Of a stretch of DNA of 17,119 bases, positions 16,559-17,119 are shown piece by piece. Position 1 is the first letter of the stretch; each line of letters begins with the position of its first letter. The stretch is from Candidatus Thorarchaeota archaeon (GTDB lineage: Archaea > Asgardarchaeota > Thorarchaeia > Thorarchaeales > Thorarchaeaceae). The position numbers and the translations under genes are program-made. Under the pieces are notes generated by a model. It saw only the letters and a list, made by a program, of their open reading frames with translations. It searched no databases and was not told where the DNA came from. The DNA lies in NCBI GenBank assembly GCA_016840855.1, contig JAEORO010000082.1:1-17119 (forward strand), read 5' to 3'.

Positions 16559-17041
16559 CTAGCAAGACTCGAAATAATTCCGGATTATTTTTGCATGTCC
16601 ACCTTCGTGCCCTTCGCCTTGATATCGGTACCCGAAGATAGAAGAAACGCTGACTTTACCTCCCTCAGGCCATTCATCATCAAGTTCGAAATTCCATTCT
16701 TCTTCTGAGAAAATCTCGAGTCTTGATATTAGAGCATCAAACGATTCATGCCACTCTGAAACAATTTTCTCTACGGACCAGGTTTCGCGAGTTTTCACAG
16801 CCTCTTTATTGAATTCCGCTTCTGTCTTGTATGTGTACCATGGTTTTTTCCCGGATAGAACAAGCTCAGCCTGAGCAATAATCTCCCAATTCCATGCTGA
16901 GATGTGTGCAAGAACATCTCTTACAGTCCAACTTCCTTGGATTTTGTCGGTATTCATTTGAGATTCAGTCAATTTCGATATTGCGTTTCTTAATTTCTGA
17001 TGATCATCCTTGAAGAATTGGATTATTTCTTCTTGATCCAT
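16559..17041 (-). CDS. DinB/ClbS/DfsB-like four-helix-bundle protein
   Basis: WTVRDVLAHISAW plus C-terminal HEGGH give a three-His metal site. GGAGGA RBS upstream. Confidence 0.8.
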   Translation of the reverse strand: MDQEEIIQFFKDDHQKLRNAISKLTESQMNTDKIQGSWTVRDVLAHISAWNWEIIAQAELVLSGKKPWYTYKTEAEFNKEAVKTRETWSVEKIVSEWHESFDALISRLEIFSEEEWNFELDDEWPEGGKVSVSSIFGYRYQGEGHEGGHAKIIRNYFESC

Positions 17042-17119
17042 CTTGACTCTCCTCCTTGATGATGGTAATTCTTCACTTGTTTTGCAGATATGTCTGTTGA
17101 AAAGATAATGGCGAGCCAG

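Noticed and set aside
2125-16950. Other operator half-sites (TGTCAGTAG near 2128, TGTCAG near 6460 and 11530, TTACTGA near 15052, TGTCGGTA near 16945)
   Set aside because: Half-sites only, mostly within coding DNA, without a correctly spaced partner.
8400-17119. Integron-like cassette array or mobile island
   Set aside because: The gene content is cassette-like, but orientations are mixed, and I found no integrase, transposase or long shared intergenic repeat.
17042-17119. Open frame extending the DinB-like ORF to the window edge
   Set aside because: The strong GGAGGA RBS before ATG 17041 and a complete domain make the extension unlikely.

Overview
Gene-dense window of roughly 40% GC (by eye) with archaeal signatures: isopentenyl phosphate kinase, an HTH-10/Bat-like regulator, GGTGA/GGAGG ribosome-binding sites and TATA-like boxes. 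An Asgard (Thorarchaeia-like) origin is plausible but is only an inference. Left part: GT4 glycosyltransferase, a two-gene prenol-kinase-like + IPK operon, an N-acyl-D-amino-acid deacylase and a diaminobutyrate-type class III aminotransferase. Right part: mostly stand-alone accessory genes (three GNATs, S41 peptidase, QueG/RdhA-like Fe-S protein, CPBP protease, VIT1/CCC1, nitronate monooxygenase/FabK-like, Zn-finger membrane protein, DinB/ClbS-like). Two structures stand out. (1) A 75-aa two-helix membrane microprotein occurs twice, 8.4 kb apart (59/75 identical), and each copy keeps the same promoter motif, RBS and an 8-bp 3' hairpin with compensatory changes. (2) A perfect palindrome CTACCGACA-TC-TGTCGGTAG lies in front of the HTH-10 regulator and recurs as two overlapping degenerate copies in front of the convergent orphan 71-aa gene, suggesting a small self-contained regulon. 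I saw no rRNA, tRNA, CRISPR array or transposase.
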